Source: Takakia lepidozioides (taxonomy: Eukaryota > Plantae > Bryophyta). Taken from it: 64,000 nt of DNA. Position numbers and translations under genes: made by a program. Positions 22,801 through 36,056 of this stretch are shown one piece after another (position 1 is the first letter of the stretch; each line of letters begins with the position of its first letter). The notes under the pieces were generated by a model. The model saw nothing but the letters and a program-made list of their open reading frames with translations, made no database searches and was not told where the DNA came from. The stretch is taken from contig CM060732.1 of the NCBI GenBank assembly GCA_030704615.1, positions 1,798,001 to 1,862,000 of the forward strand, read 5' to 3'.

Positions 22801-25800
22801 ATAAGGATAGAGGCAATTTCAGCTCCACTAATAACCATAGTTATTGACCTGTTGGAAAACTGCTATGCCTGGGTCATAGACAATCTTCCTAATCTCTCAT
22901 ACTTCTCTTTTTGTTTCTCAAAACTGCTCAATATGTTTTGTGGATCTGATGGAGATATGTGCAGGAATGCTATCAATTTAAGCACTTAAACCCAAATCGC
23001 CCAAAATCGCTCCGAATTTATGAAGCCCATGTGGGCATGAGCAGCACGGTTTGTCTTACCCTTTTCCTAGTCCTTAGGTTCTTCTGGCCATAGTAGTCAA
23101 ATGTTGTCCATGGCATATTTCCTTGTAGAAGGAGGGCAAGTGCTTGACAAAAAACGTCATTTTGTTTGTGCTGTGCTACCCTGATTTCTTTGTGGCTGTC
23201 TTTCAATGGGATATCGTGGTATTGTAATGTGCATATTATGGCAGGAACCAAAAGTGAACTCCTATGTGGAGTTTAGAGATGACGTCCTCCCTCGGATTAA
23301 GAGACTGGGCTACAATGCAGTGCAGCTTATGGCCATTCAAGAACATGCTTACTATGGCAGCTTTGGGTGTATATTCTCCCCACTGTTTAGACAGGTCCTA
23401 GTGCAGCGAGATCACCATAAATGGCAAAATATGTTGCTCTTGTATTCGATTAGGATTTTGTTGTAACTGATCTTTAAACCTCTCCTTCTCGTTAACAATT
23501 ATATGGGTGGTACCCTCTAACTTGTTGAGTTATCTTCTGTTTGTCAGATATCATGTGACCAATTTTTTCGCAGTGAGTAGTCGCTGTGGTACCCCGGATG
23601 ATCTGAAGAGTCTGATTGATAGAGCCCACGAACTTGGTATTGTTGTTCTCATGGACATCGTTCATAGGTAAGTGATTCCCTCTGGCTTGTCTTTTTACGT
23701 TCTAGGCCTTCTTCATTTGCCTGATTGTCTGATGATGGTACATTCCTTGCTCCCCATAAAGTCACCGGTTTTGGTGCTCCTCGTTCTTGGGGTGGAGTGG
23801 GTTCAGCCATGCATCAAACAATGTATTGGATGGTTTGAATATGTTTGATGGAACCGATGCTCACTATTTCCATTCTGGAGCTCGCGGTTATCACTGGATG
23901 TGGGACTCCCGGCTTTTTAACTACGGAAATTGGGAGGTTTGTCTCTTTCGTATCTAGTTTCCAGATTACAAGCTCTTTGCATCATGATATTCTGCCTGTA
24001 TGGTTGACTGTCTATCTGCAGTCTCTCTGTTATCTTTTACCTTTTTCCTGAACCATTCGTTCCCCCGTCACCGCATTCTGTGTTAGATGGGTCGGTGTTG
24101 ATACTAAATCGATGTGGAGTATGTTGTCGATGGAACTTCATACAGGAGGTCAGCCTAAGTAGTGAGCCAGCTCCCAGTAGCTTTTCACCTACTAGTTGAG
24201 TATGCGAATGGCCAGCCCTTCTAGTGACTGTGCCTGCTCGTAGGAGGAGGATGCTTGAGCAACCGGAAACCAGGAATATTTGAGTGGCAGGTGCCTTATT
24301 TTCCTGAACAAGGTGGTCAATAATTATACAAGGGTGAACAGGCATTCCTTGATTATACTTTTTTCTATTTTAGGGTGATATTGTAGCCTTTGCAATGTAG
24401 AGGTATGCATTCTTCCCAGTTATGACCGATTGCAGGTTGTATAGGTACTGAGATTTTTGATCTCAAATCTGCGGTGGTGGATGGAGGAGTACAAGTTTGA
24501 TGGTTTTCGTTTTGATGGAATCACCTCCATGATGTACACACATCATGGCTTGCAGGTGTGCCTCGAGTCTCCGGGTAAACTTTAAGTTAGACAAGAGTTA
24601 AGACAGTGATTCCTGGCTCTCAGCGTATGTGGTGTCACCTTATAGACGTCCCTATTGGCCTATGCGTCTGCTGGTCTTTTTGTCTCACGTGGACTTGGAA
24701 GTGGTATTCTATACCATGCCTCAAGTTCTCTTTTCTTTTTTCTGCCAGAGATGGTGAATTGAGTGGCAGGTCTTCGGTTGACCCTGCTAGGAAACATGAA
24801 TTAAAATCCTCATTTTTGGATTGATGGATACAGATGCAATTCACTGGAAGTTATTCAGAGTATTTTGGGCTGAACACGGATGTAGATGCGGTGGTGTATT
24901 TGATGCTTGCCAATGATATGCTCCATGGTCTCTACCCCGATGTCATTACTATTGGTGAAGATGTACTGTTCTCTGTCCCACCTCGATTGTCTGAAGTGCT
25001 TGTGTACTATTGGTGCTTCTGATGTACCTGCACAAGCATGCATAGTGCATAAGTGACTTGTTAGGCTTAGCTTTGCTAGCGCCAATATCCTCTGAATTAT
25101 AGTTGGGTGTCTGATATTCATGACTGTGTTGAAGTATCTCATTCTAATCTCTTTCTAAGGTTGTGTCAAAAGGCTTCACCTGGTTCAAGATAGATTGGTG
25201 AATTATGGAATCATTCGATTTTGCAATCAGGGTTTGGTCACAAACCTTCTTGTGGATGTGGATAGGTTGAAATTATGGATGGGAATTATGGATGGGAATT
25301 ATTCAAATGCTCGAGGAGGTGATTGCAGGTGAGTGGCATGCCTACATTCTGCCGTCCTGTGCATGAAGGAGGAGTAGGATTTGACTATCGGCTCCAGATG
25401 GCTATTGCAGATAAATGGATCGAGCTCCTTGACAAGTAGCTCTCACTTTTATCCCCTGCTTTATTTTGTGTGCGTGTGGCTGCCAAATTCACCAGACCTC
25501 TTTTCCAAAAGAACTGAGCCCCTCAGTCGTAAACATGTCATTTTACACATTGTAGTTGGGAAGATGCACGGGACTGCACTTTAACAACCCCCTTTTGTGC
25601 AGTACTCCATACTAAAGCTCGAAGTCTCTTGATATTTCGTGACCCTTTCTTCTTGACTGTTTGCTCTAGTTTGTATGTCAAACTTATGAGACACACTCAG
25701 TCAAAACTTGGATAGAATTAATGTCTACTGACCTTGGAGTGAATATATTTAATTGACCATGTGATGAAAACTGCAGTGGTGAGGTGGGGGGATGCCGTCA

Positions 25801-28800
25801 GGTACATGGATGAGGACTGGAACATGGGCAATGTGGTGTACACTTTGACAAATCGACGGTGGATGGAGAAGTGTGTGGCATATGCAGAGAGTCATGATCA
25901 GGCACTGGTTGGAGATAAAACGCTCGCTTTTTGGCTCATGGACAAGGTCATCTCCCAGGCCTACTAGACTCATCTTAACTGCGCATCTTTATCTAGGCCT
26001 GCTTCAAGTCTCAACTGGTCATTTGCGTTTATGTTGATTCTTGACCCCATTTGGATCTGCAAAAGAGGTAGCAATGTCTTGAAACCTGGGAACTTGGGAA
26101 TTATATCCTCCTTTGCCAAGGGCATGTTCGGTGGTCCCTTGCCGGTGCTGTCCAGGGATGTTGTCACCACGCTGGCAGTTATCTTCTGCTTTGGAACTTG
26201 CTAAGTGTGTACAGAGTTTTTTGAGGTCCTTTGTGATCCACTCTTCGCCTTTTTGGTAGGTAGTTGCTCTTGGTCTGCACTCCGACTTCTGGTGCATCCC
26301 CTCCTCCTTACACCCAGATTGTAAAATTCGATGTATTTTGGATTGACGTAGATATCTAGCCTTGGAAGAGGGAAGGAAGATGAAGATTCAGAAGTTCAGG
26401 GTCGACTGATAGAGTGATCCTGTTATCTGAACATAAAAGCGACAGCTCTGTACCATTGAAGCTTGTCTACCCACTACCAAGTTTCATCTTAGCCTCTTTC
26501 TTGGCATTGTGCAGGATATGTATGACTTCATGTCAATGAATGGGCCCAGCACACCTGCAATTGACAGGGGCATTGCGCTCCACAAGATGATCCGGCTTAT
26601 TACCATGGCGTTAGGCGGCGAGGGCTACTTAAACTTTATGGGCAATGAATTTGGCCATCCTGGTAGCCACTCATTAATTTCCTCTTGTGAGATTTGTTAG
26701 ATGTAGTAGAGCAAATTGGAACTCAGGAGAATGCAAGATTGCTACATGGTGTCCAGTTACAACCTGTTTCTCGGTGTGCCACTCAGTCCTCAAATTCGGC
26801 AAAAGTATTTGAAACAGAGTTCTTTGTCAATTGGAGGGAGGTAACTTTATTTCGTGGTTGAGTCTTGTGGAAAGGAAAATTCAAGATTGGCTACAGTGTC
26901 CGTTCCACAGGGTGTTCCCACCTGTTCTTAGTGTTGCCCTTGGTCCTCAATTTCTTCGAAAGTGTTTAAATCACAGTTCTTAATAGCTTCATTTTCATGG
27001 TCAAGTCTTTTGGAACTCCATGGTTAGGATAGAACTCAGGACAAGGAAGTAGCAGATGGGAAGAGTTACCTTTCACGGGTCCTCAAGGACAGCACCCCCT
27101 AACATACAAGCTGAGGAATGTGATAAGAAACTGTTAAGAGTGGATACTGGCTACTTTGAACCTTTCTGTGGTTGTCAGCATCTATGTGCTGCTGCCATTT
27201 AGTGCCTCCTGTCTGTAATCCCATTGTTTCATCTAAGAAACAACATGTGGGGTGCTTTGGTTAAAGGGTTGGGAATTATTGCATAAACGCCTTTGTCTGT
27301 TGAAAAGTTGCATGTTTCATTTTGTTGCAGAATGGATTGACTTTCCGCGATGGGACCAGACATTACCAAACGGCAAGTTTGTTCGTGGTAATGGAGGCAG
27401 TTACGACAAATGCCGCCGCCGCTTTGACCTGGTAAGGATGAGTACTGATGACCTAAAGTATTGTAGGAATGTGTAGGTCCTTTTTGGTGTTTTGTGCTGA
27501 GTCTCCAAGATGAGCCTATTTTGCACATTCTCGCTCTGTCCATAACATTTTGATTTTGGATGAATTTGTGGTATAGCTGGTGCACATAAATTGTGCACTT
27601 GATGAGCCTTATTGGCCGGTTGACCTCATCCGGCAAAGGAAACTCTTGACCCCTGTTGCAACGTGTACAGGCAGGGCTCAAAGAAGATTTGCATCCCAGT
27701 AGATGTACATCAGCAAAATGAACGAGACTTCAGGAGCGTAGCACCCACTAAGCAGTAGACTTTGTCTTCATGGTTAGGCGAATAATCCAACAAGTACGTG
27801 AAGACATGAACCATCATGCTATAGCATACGGCGCTTGTAAAATTGCCTACAACATGTCCTTCCTATAGCAATCGTGACACTTTGCAGTGTATATGTGACA
27901 AGCTCAAAGGCATGATCCCTTGGATGCTGAGCCGATCACCCGCTCTTCAGTGTGATATGCAATTTCTCATTGCTACAGTACTTGCCACAGTACTTGCCCA
28001 CAGCCAGTGACATCATGGTTACTGGGCAGATTGAACCTCAGTCTAAGGCTGGCATCTATGTCATTAGGAAGCTTAATGTAGAATTTACTGCAGCTGATTC
28101 CAAACGTGGATGTGACACTTGAGGCTGTATTTGAAGATTGCCAGGATGATGATTCCAGTACCTGGCAAGAAATTTGGAAATCTACCTGGTGAAGTCAACT
28201 AGTTTGGCACATCCCCAATTCAGTACAAGTGTCAATGAAGAGTCAGGGCCTGTGACATCAGGAAACACAACTGCATATATTGTAAGCTTTGTGAGCAGCT
28301 GTCTGGAGTCTGACTCCAGCTATAGTAAAGTTATGCTGGGGGGCTAAGATTTGGGAGAAAAGGGGAGATTGCAGTAATGGCAAACATTTATGGCACGCTT
28401 GCGAGTGGTCGTGGGTTGAAAACCACATCTGTATGTTGGATGTCACTCCTCATCGCCAAGCCAGCTATAAATGGGGGTCTACTGGGTAATTGGTCACCAA
28501 GGTTGTGGGGTACCTGGGAGCTTTGAGTCCTCGTGGAAGTATTGGGTAATTTAGGCACATTGCCCAGGTACAGCAGGTGAAAGGTGTTGAGAGTTCAACT
28601 CCCAAACAGAAGGTACTAGTCGGACAGGTGAAGAGCCTCCGTAATTTGCACTTCTGCATGAGTCATCCCTCTTTAATTCTAAAGCAAGTCTATCCATGGA
28701 GAATACCTAATCATTAATGAGGCCTTCTCGAATTTGTCATGCCCCAAAGCCACAAAGCTGTAGAGGAGATGGAGAGAATAGAAATACAATTGTATGAATC

Positions 28801-30670
28801 CAGAAGCATGCACCAAGGCTAGCATCCAACTGCTGCCTCAATGTGATCCGTTCTTACCTGTCAAGTTTGCCATAAGGTGGGAAAAACTCAATGGACGTAC
28901 TTCTGATTTCTTCTGAAACGTTGTTTGGAAAGGCAATTATGTGGCAAGGTTGACTTGGTTTGGTTGGAATGTGCAGGGTGATGCAGCTTTTCTTAGGTAC
29001 CATGGATTACAGCTCTTTGACGGCACAATGAACCAACTTGAAGAGCAGTTCGGAGTAAAATACTTTGCATTATGAATTCCATTACTTACCTTTTACTGCA
29101 ATGGTGTGTGTTTGTGCTGGTTGGGTTGCATAACAGAGGTATACTGCAAGTAGCACATGCATTCAGTCATCTGAAAACTGTGAAATGAACTACAGTATTG
29201 GCTTGAAAGGAGGGAATCTTTTTCCTATTATTTTTCACTTGTCCTCAAACATACCTACACAGCATAGTCAAAATATCCAATGCTCTTTCAAATTTACATC
29301 AAGACTAGGTGGAAGAGAAAGAGAAACAAAATCAAATTTATCGAGGTCTCTTGCCCTCCGCTCCATCATGTCAATGCATGTGAGCTGAGCAGGGACCTGC
29401 CAAAGTGCTTATTTCTTATGGGGTCTTGTGTCTCCAGTTTATGGTATCAGATCATCAATATGTTTCTCGAAAAGATGAGGGTGACAAGATGATAATCTTT
29501 GAGAAAGGAGAACTAGTGTTTGTCTTCAATTTTCACTGGCAAAAAAGCTTTACAGACTATCGTGTGGGCTGCATCAAACCAGGCAAATACAAGGTACATC
29601 TTCATGGCCTCACTTTTGGATTGTCTATCTAGGTGCAAAGAAATCAGTAATGAAGGAGAACCAGAAACAAAATGAATGCTAACACATTATGACTATGATA
29701 GAGCCACCTGATGGGGTGCTGGGTTTCTGTGGGGGAAGAGTTATATTCCTATGGCCTAGCCATGTTTACCAAATACAATGGCCTCTGCATAGCTGCAGTC
29801 TAGAGAGCAGATGCAACTAACCTAGCTGTCATCTTTGGAACGATTGTGTGGCGTATGCTACACTTTTTCATCATAGACTACAACCCTTGTCATAATGATC
29901 AGTACCATAACAAGGACACAGTATATGCAAGGGTGGAAGTGGTGATATTCAGCTTGGTCACTTGGATCAGACTGTCCCCTATCGCAGGTGGTGCTGGACA
30001 GTGATGAAAAGCAGTTTGGAGGCTTTGGCAGAATTGACCACTCAGCAATCTTCTTTTCTCAAGTCAGTATCACCCACTTTCCTTGATCCCATCCAGTTAC
30101 TTGGCATTAGAGTAATAGAATTTTTGTGAGGAGATCACTTCTACTGATGTTCTTAAATTCAGTGCTATTCTTGTGACGGGATATTGTAAGTGGAGTTGAA
30201 CTTGCAGTCATAGGAGTGTAGGTTTATGGGCTTTTTAGCCCTGTGCACTAATGCCAGTTATGTCAATTCAACGGGGCCACTTTGTGACACACATTCATGA
30301 CTGTGCCAGCTTCAATTGGCACAAACTCTGGTCCCTTTTGCTATTCAAGTTAGGCAGACTGAATGCACTGGCTGTGATAGTGGCTTTTGATGAGTTGCAT
30401 ACTGGTTCACAACACGCGTTGGTGTTTTGTGTCCGTTTAACAGATTGGTAGATAGCACCAGGCTAGGGAACATCACATGGTATTGCAGGATCTTTCCTGA
30501 CACAGTTCTGCAAGTGGGATGGGTGGGTGTTTTTGCAGGAGGGGTGGTATGATGATCGTCCACATTCATTCCAGGTTTATGCTCCTTCCAGAACCGTATT
30601 GGTGTATGGCCCTGCTGATGATCAAGTGAAGTCTATCCTTGGAGCCATCAGCGAAGGAGTGTCTGAGTAG
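7804..30670 (+). CDS. SBE2: Starch branching enzyme II (1,4-alpha-glucan branching enzyme, GH13), plastid-targeted, 24 exons, ~904 aa
   Basis: Phase-consistent GT-AG exons: 7804-7978, 8794-8904, 9009-9073, 17534-17713, 18064-18209, 19583-19681, 20041-20083, 20708-20767, 21811-21891, 22236-22352, 22965-23048, 23245-23366, 23548-23667, 23807-23936, 24445-24555, 24834-24962, 25329-25435, 25802-25946, 26515-26662, 27331-27431, 28977-29054, 29438-29593, 29988-30062, 30539-30670. Motifs [61 protein letters not shown] and [18 protein letters not shown]. Exons 1-4 (transit peptide and N-extension) are less certain than exons 5-24. Confidence 0.93.
9241..10275 (-). mobile_element. LINE copy A (RTEX-like), 3' portion, in SBE2 intron 3
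   Basis: Post-RT region [12 protein letters not shown], a C-terminal zinc knuckle ([14 protein letters not shown]), and a 3' UTR ending GTCTTATGAGTACATTCTCTCT. Confidence 0.85.
10285..13050 (-). mobile_element. LINE copy B: APE endonuclease C-terminus, RT and post-RT region, degenerate
   Basis: Motifs [66 protein letters not shown] and LMFADD. Confidence 0.9.
13205..15400. mobile_element. LINE copy C, internally deleted and rearranged (segments in both orientations, includes ORF1 relic)
   Basis: 3' end 13205-13555 (-); linker 13560-13720 (-); endonuclease pieces 13725-14640 (+, includes [11 protein letters not shown]); 14648-14735 (-); ORF1-like 14735-15400 (-, includes [10 protein letters not shown]). 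Confidence 0.75.
15505..17500 (-). mobile_element. LINE copy D, 5'-truncated within RT
   Basis: [48 protein letters not shown], the zinc knuckle and the same 3' UTR. Confidence 0.9.
20871..21071 (+). mobile_element. Two tandem, very short 3' ends of the same LINE, separated by target duplications
   Basis: TGGCCACAAGGCT..CAAACAAC(G/A)TCTTATGAGTACA occurs twice. TCTCTT(G/A)AGA(G/A)CTCC occurs at 20871, 20927 and 21057. Confidence 0.8.
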
Positions 30671-32445
30671 GGTCAAGGATACAGTAGAGCAGTTCCAAGA
30701 GTTCTGCATAGAGGATTTGCCCAAAAGGGTTGTTCATGTATTTTCATACGATAGTTAGGCACCTCTGCTTGTTAGGTGTTCAGATGTCTGTGTATGGGGT
30801 TCTTTCTATTCTATATACAATGCTTCTCTCACCCTTGGGCTAGATTCTCTGATTTCATTGATATAGTGACATCTCAATTTGACGAAGCTTTACTCCCATT
30901 TTTGGTTTTTCTTCCTGGATTTGCACATCAATTCTAGGTTTGAGTGACAAGAAGTTTGTAAAATTCTGGAATATATTTGGAAATTTTGACTTGATGCACA
31001 GCTTGCTTCTAAGTGGGAAGTTGGTGACTGGTACACAAAGTGTAGGTGAGCATCAAGCCAAATTTGAATATTAGTGAGCAATGAATGTCTCACTAGATTT
31101 GAAATCACTCACTTTATCTATTTCTTAGAGGGTGCATGCACTTTTGAGCGATGTCCTTGCGGCAACAAGAGCCCTTCAACCAAGCAGAAGCTTGTAGAGA
31201 AGATAAGGCCTATCACTCGCAAGAGTTTGACTGGCCTCAAGTGGAACACGACAAGTGGGTGCTGAGATTTCACTTCATGAGTTAAATCAATGTCGAGGGC
31301 AGATCAATAAAGGAGGAGATGGAGCTGATTTTTGGGTAGTTAGACTACTTTCGTAGTTTGCCTGGTAGCATAGGATGAATTCCACCACGCACGTGAAGCA
31401 AGGTTTTCCTTGCCCTTGAATTCTATCCCAGTTGGTTTTCCAGTGAGAGGTTTCTTTGACAATGGGCTTTACACCTGGGGGATTCAGTTTTGCTCTTACC
31501 TTGTGAAGCTTGGTTCTTCTTGGGGGATCAAGTCTTCATATATGTGGAAGTGAGGATTCTCCTAGGTTCATAAGCTCCTTATTCATTACTTCAATAGGTA
31601 TTGCAGCACTCATTATCTAAAGGTGGTTCTGGCTGTTGCAGTATGCATTGATAATTTGTGTATCTGTTACCAAGGTGAGGTGATGAGAACCTGACCATTC
31701 AGGGGTTAAGGGCTTCGGTGCTGGGGTAATCTGGGGTTCCACCCTTTTGGTGACAGTCCTAGGGCTGGAACCTGAGGCCTGATACAATGTGCAATGGCAG
31801 TTTTCTGCTAGCTGAATGTTTCCAAGGCCCAATCTTCTACATTCCCCCATCCCAAACACTAGGAGGATCCTCTGTTGCCTCAATTGTGGTGTTTACATGC
31901 TCACTGAAGGAAATGGACGTATATTGATACAACAATGATGAATCACTTCCATCCATGAACTTTTCTGAGTCTAATCTTACAGGCCAAATTGTTGATAACC
32001 ATTGCAGCTGCTAATCTTGGCAACGGAAATCATAATAACTGTACACAACATAGCTCATCAGTACCCATCCCCACGACTTGCCTAATACATCCAAACCTTC
32101 CGCGGAATAATATGTCTGTGCACTCTTTTTAAACAAAGTGTGAGTCATGTTATAACCAGAAAGACAAGGCTTGCAATGCAAGGCCTCCTTGTCTTGCCAA
32201 AAATTCAAAGGCTGCCCTGGCTGTAGCTGTACCGGTGTGTACACATGGACCCAAAGCTCTGACCTGCCCTTGTCACATCACATGTGTCCACCCTCGCAAC
32301 CCTTCATCACTCCCCCCCTGTCCTGACATGAGATTACACAGCAAGCTGAGCACTCAGAACGGAGCAGCTAATCCGGATCGTTCACAGCTGTGGCACTTTG
32401 CCAAGGGCTGTCCGAGAAGCCTGACCCACCACATCTATTCTACCT

Positions 32446-35400
32446 TCATTCTCTGGGACGAGCTGACCAAAGGGAGCTAAGAGCACGCAGGCGTGCAAAG
32501 TAATCCCCCATGGCAAGGAGGCCTCGAGCGGCTTGGCGGGTGGTCAAGATGCGGTGCATTTGCTGAAGCGTCTGTTGCCGCAGATTATCTGCCTGTCAAG
32601 AAGGCAGTCACAATATATTAGCACCTAAGGTGCAAAGAAACCTGAAATGAGTTGTTCAGGTTCAACATTCAAGATCCAAGCACAGATCCTACAGGAGACA
32701 TACCTATACCCATGTACGTCAGGATGTGATCAAATGAACAATACCGCCTCAGGCTTTTTCTTCCCCGTGAGAATGTCAAGTCACCAACTGGATGTGAAAG
32801 AGGGGGGCACTTCCAAACATATAAACCACAGCCAACAGTCTCTTCAATGACCAGAAGCTCTCACCTGACGAACAAAAGATTCGAGTGTGCCAAGTTTTCC
32901 CATGGCCATGGCCATCTGGCCCATGTAATTGGCCACATTAGGTGATGAACCCAATGAGCCCGCAGCCAGAGTGTCAGCAAGGGATTGCTGCAGAGTTTCC
33001 ATGCCTTGAGAAAGAGCATCCTCAGCTTGCTGTGATGACTGTTGCAAATTACAGATGCCTAAAAGCTGCTGCTCTGTCAGTGGCTCTATTTGTGGGATAA
33101 GAATCTGCCACACCCTCAAACAAACAAGGCAGCAGCTAACTTCATCATCAGTAGATCGGTCATACTTGTCCTCCATTCAATGTCTCTTGTGCTTGTACCA
33201 TGCATCTCTGATTGAGCCCTACAAGGCCATAACAACTCTCCATGCTGAATTCATTTGGTTGAACTACTTTAAAATCAGGCATAAAAGTATAACCAAATGA
33301 AAAATAAATTTATCCTCTGCTTTTTCGGGGTTGTCCTCAAAAACCACACAGAAGCTAAATAGTTAGCCAACTAACAGGTCATGTGGAGATCACAAACATA
33401 CCTTCACTCAACCCTACTGACTGGACCCTGCACTACCAGAAAAAAGTACATACTGGTCATTAACTGTAGTGGGAGAAAACAATAGATGGATATTGAGGAC
33501 CTTGAGGAGTTCAGAAGGTCGAAAGCCACCCATCCACATAAAGCAGCGCTCAGCAGGGGTCTTCCACATGCCTGACACAAGGTGAAAAACATCGGCCTTG
33601 GCAGCGATTGACTTTAAGCGGAAGATATCCTCATAATGTGCCATGCCACCATCAACAAGCAGGCGCAGCTCATTGTCTGCCACATGTGCCTGCAAAGCCG
33701 ATCGCAATTCACACATCTGCCGGTGCTGCTCTTCCACCCACCTTGCATATTCCATGTCAAATGCTGCTGCACCTGCCAACCCCACTACCCTCTGCCATAT
33801 ATGACCTCCACCACGTCTTCAACCTATCACATCCGCTGCCTCTCAAACTATGCTTCAAAACAGCCCCGACTTGAGGTGATTGATAAGCATACACTACCAT
33901 TTCTCATCATGCAGGCAGCAGACTTTTTACCTGGGTTCATAAATGCGTCATTTTAGAAATGATTCAGGTAATAATGACAAACTGGCATCCTCCACCAAGT
34001 GGTCTTCAAAACTGTACACAATGTCCTTGCCTGACAACACACATAGCAGTGGAACTGCCGTGACGAATCTACTAAGACAACTTCCAAAATAGTAAGCAAG
34101 GCACCACAAGATTGTGTGTCTTGATAACCCACCCCTCACTGGTGTTCAGTGGTGTAGCTTGTCCTGCATACCTTGGTGCCAAATCATTGATCAACCCTAA
34201 TTTTCTAGAAGTTTTACTCATGCAAGCCTACACAACAACATGTATCACTGCCTTCTGTAGGTGTATGGAGACTATGTGCTGGGAATGATTAAGCTAAAAG
34301 ATTAAATGCAAAAGTGTGTATTAGAATCCTAACACTATGGGTTCAGAGCATCAGCAATCAATCCTGTGTTCTAAGCAGCAACCCAAAAAAGAGGAGGGCT
34401 GGAGCACTGTCGTAAATTGCAGAAGTCCGACTTTGCCCAGCAAATGGGTATACCTGGATTTATTGCGCCATTGCCACCAACAGCATGAGGATTCTGGTCA
34501 TTACTGTGTCCCCCTGCACCTACATGAAGACCCTGAATCCATAGCCACCCCCACACTGCTCAGATCAAGCATGCACGCCCACTGCAAGAAACCATTTGAG
34601 TCCCAAAAATGTTAGTCTTGGGCTCTTGTCCAAGTAATGCATGATAGTTCAGATGCTCCACAGCCACCCCCAAAAGGGGGAAGTAGCCTGCCGTCAGGTG
34701 AAGTGGCTCTTAGTTACCCTGGCTTCGTCTGGAGTCCTCTCTCTCTCTGCTTCACGGCCCAAATTGATCGAGAAAGGGCATTGGCAGGCTTCAAACCTGT
34801 TGCCGAGCTCTTTGGAGCTCTTGCTCAAGCTGATTCAATTTGATGCGACTTGTTTCCAGTTGCTGGACATATGCCTGTAAATCATCACAGACCACATGCC
34901 ATTTTATACAACCAATCAACATATAATCTCCAACCCCCAATCGCACAATCAGCAAATAGTCTGCAATACGCTTAGGAGTTACCACTAAAGCTTCTCAAAC
35001 CTACATCTAAAGAGTATCAACCTTTTTCCTGAGACGGCTTTTGCGTGCAGCCTCACGATTCTGAGCAAGTCGCCTCAGTGCCTGCAAAAAGGTGGATAAA
35101 CCGATCAGAAATGGTAACAACCTAAAGCTTATCATTTGTTGATAATTTTAACAACTGTAACCTTAAAAGAAGTGGAGAGATTCATATACAACTGTCAGGG
35201 AATTTTCGCATAAATTAAACACATACATGTATGTCTATTTTTACTTTGCCACCACCTGCCTCAAGAACATAAATGCTGGTCGACATTCTTGTGCTTATAT
35301 TTCAATATTCACAATTCCTATAGAAACACTAGTGCCATGCCAACAACATTTTCCATTCCAGTATCCTGATGAGGACTCCCTACAGCTAACATGAGTTGTC

Positions 35401-36056
35401 CATGCTACTGACACCTTCCTACTGTAGCTGAAATTTCTCACTACTCCTTCAAACAACCATTTGATCACTCATCCTTCATCCTTCACCAAACTCACCACAA
35501 TAGACATAAGTCATATTTATGGCATCATCATGACCAGGTTCAATAGTTGGAACATTGAGAATCAAATACAGGGAAGTAATATAATTCCCAACCTTGGAAT
35601 CCCCATTTTTAGTAGCCTCATGATCAGAGTTGTTGGAGACCCCCGTAGCCCCATGGTGCCCATCCTCTAGCTGCACACCCATAGTCTTGATTCAACAAAC
35701 ACATTTTGTCTACAGTGTGTAGGACACCATCAATGGATTTAAGCAACCAACCAAAGGGACGACAATAGTGGCATTTTAAGCTCCAGATCAAGAGAGCAGC
35801 GAAGACATCTGAGACAAGTCTGACTGGAGGGGGGTTTCAGAAACCAAAGATGGCGTCTCTAATGTGTAAGTGATCCTTTGAACCCTTTACAGGGTGACAT
35901 TACAAGTAATCCGATTCCTATATTACAACACACAAAATATGAAGACAACAGTACTATGTGCTAAAAAGTGGTAGAAAGTTCTATTACCCAGTTGTCTACC
36001 TTCACTTCAGCTTCCATATCAGTGGAGGTGTCTGTTGGGGGACTGTTGTCCGCCAT
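32446..36056 (-). CDS. TGA: TGA-family (group D) bZIP-DOG1 transcription factor, ~336 aa
   Basis: Exons 36056-36000, 35670-35593, 35081-35022, 34874-34797, 34532-34454, 33772-33501, 33104-32865 and 32592-32446. Motifs MADNSPPTDTSTD, LRRLAQNREAARKSRLRKKAYVQQLE, FDMEYARW, ADVFHLVSGMWKTPAERCFMWMGGFRPSELLK and QADNLRQQTL..RLRALSSLW. Confidence 0.93.
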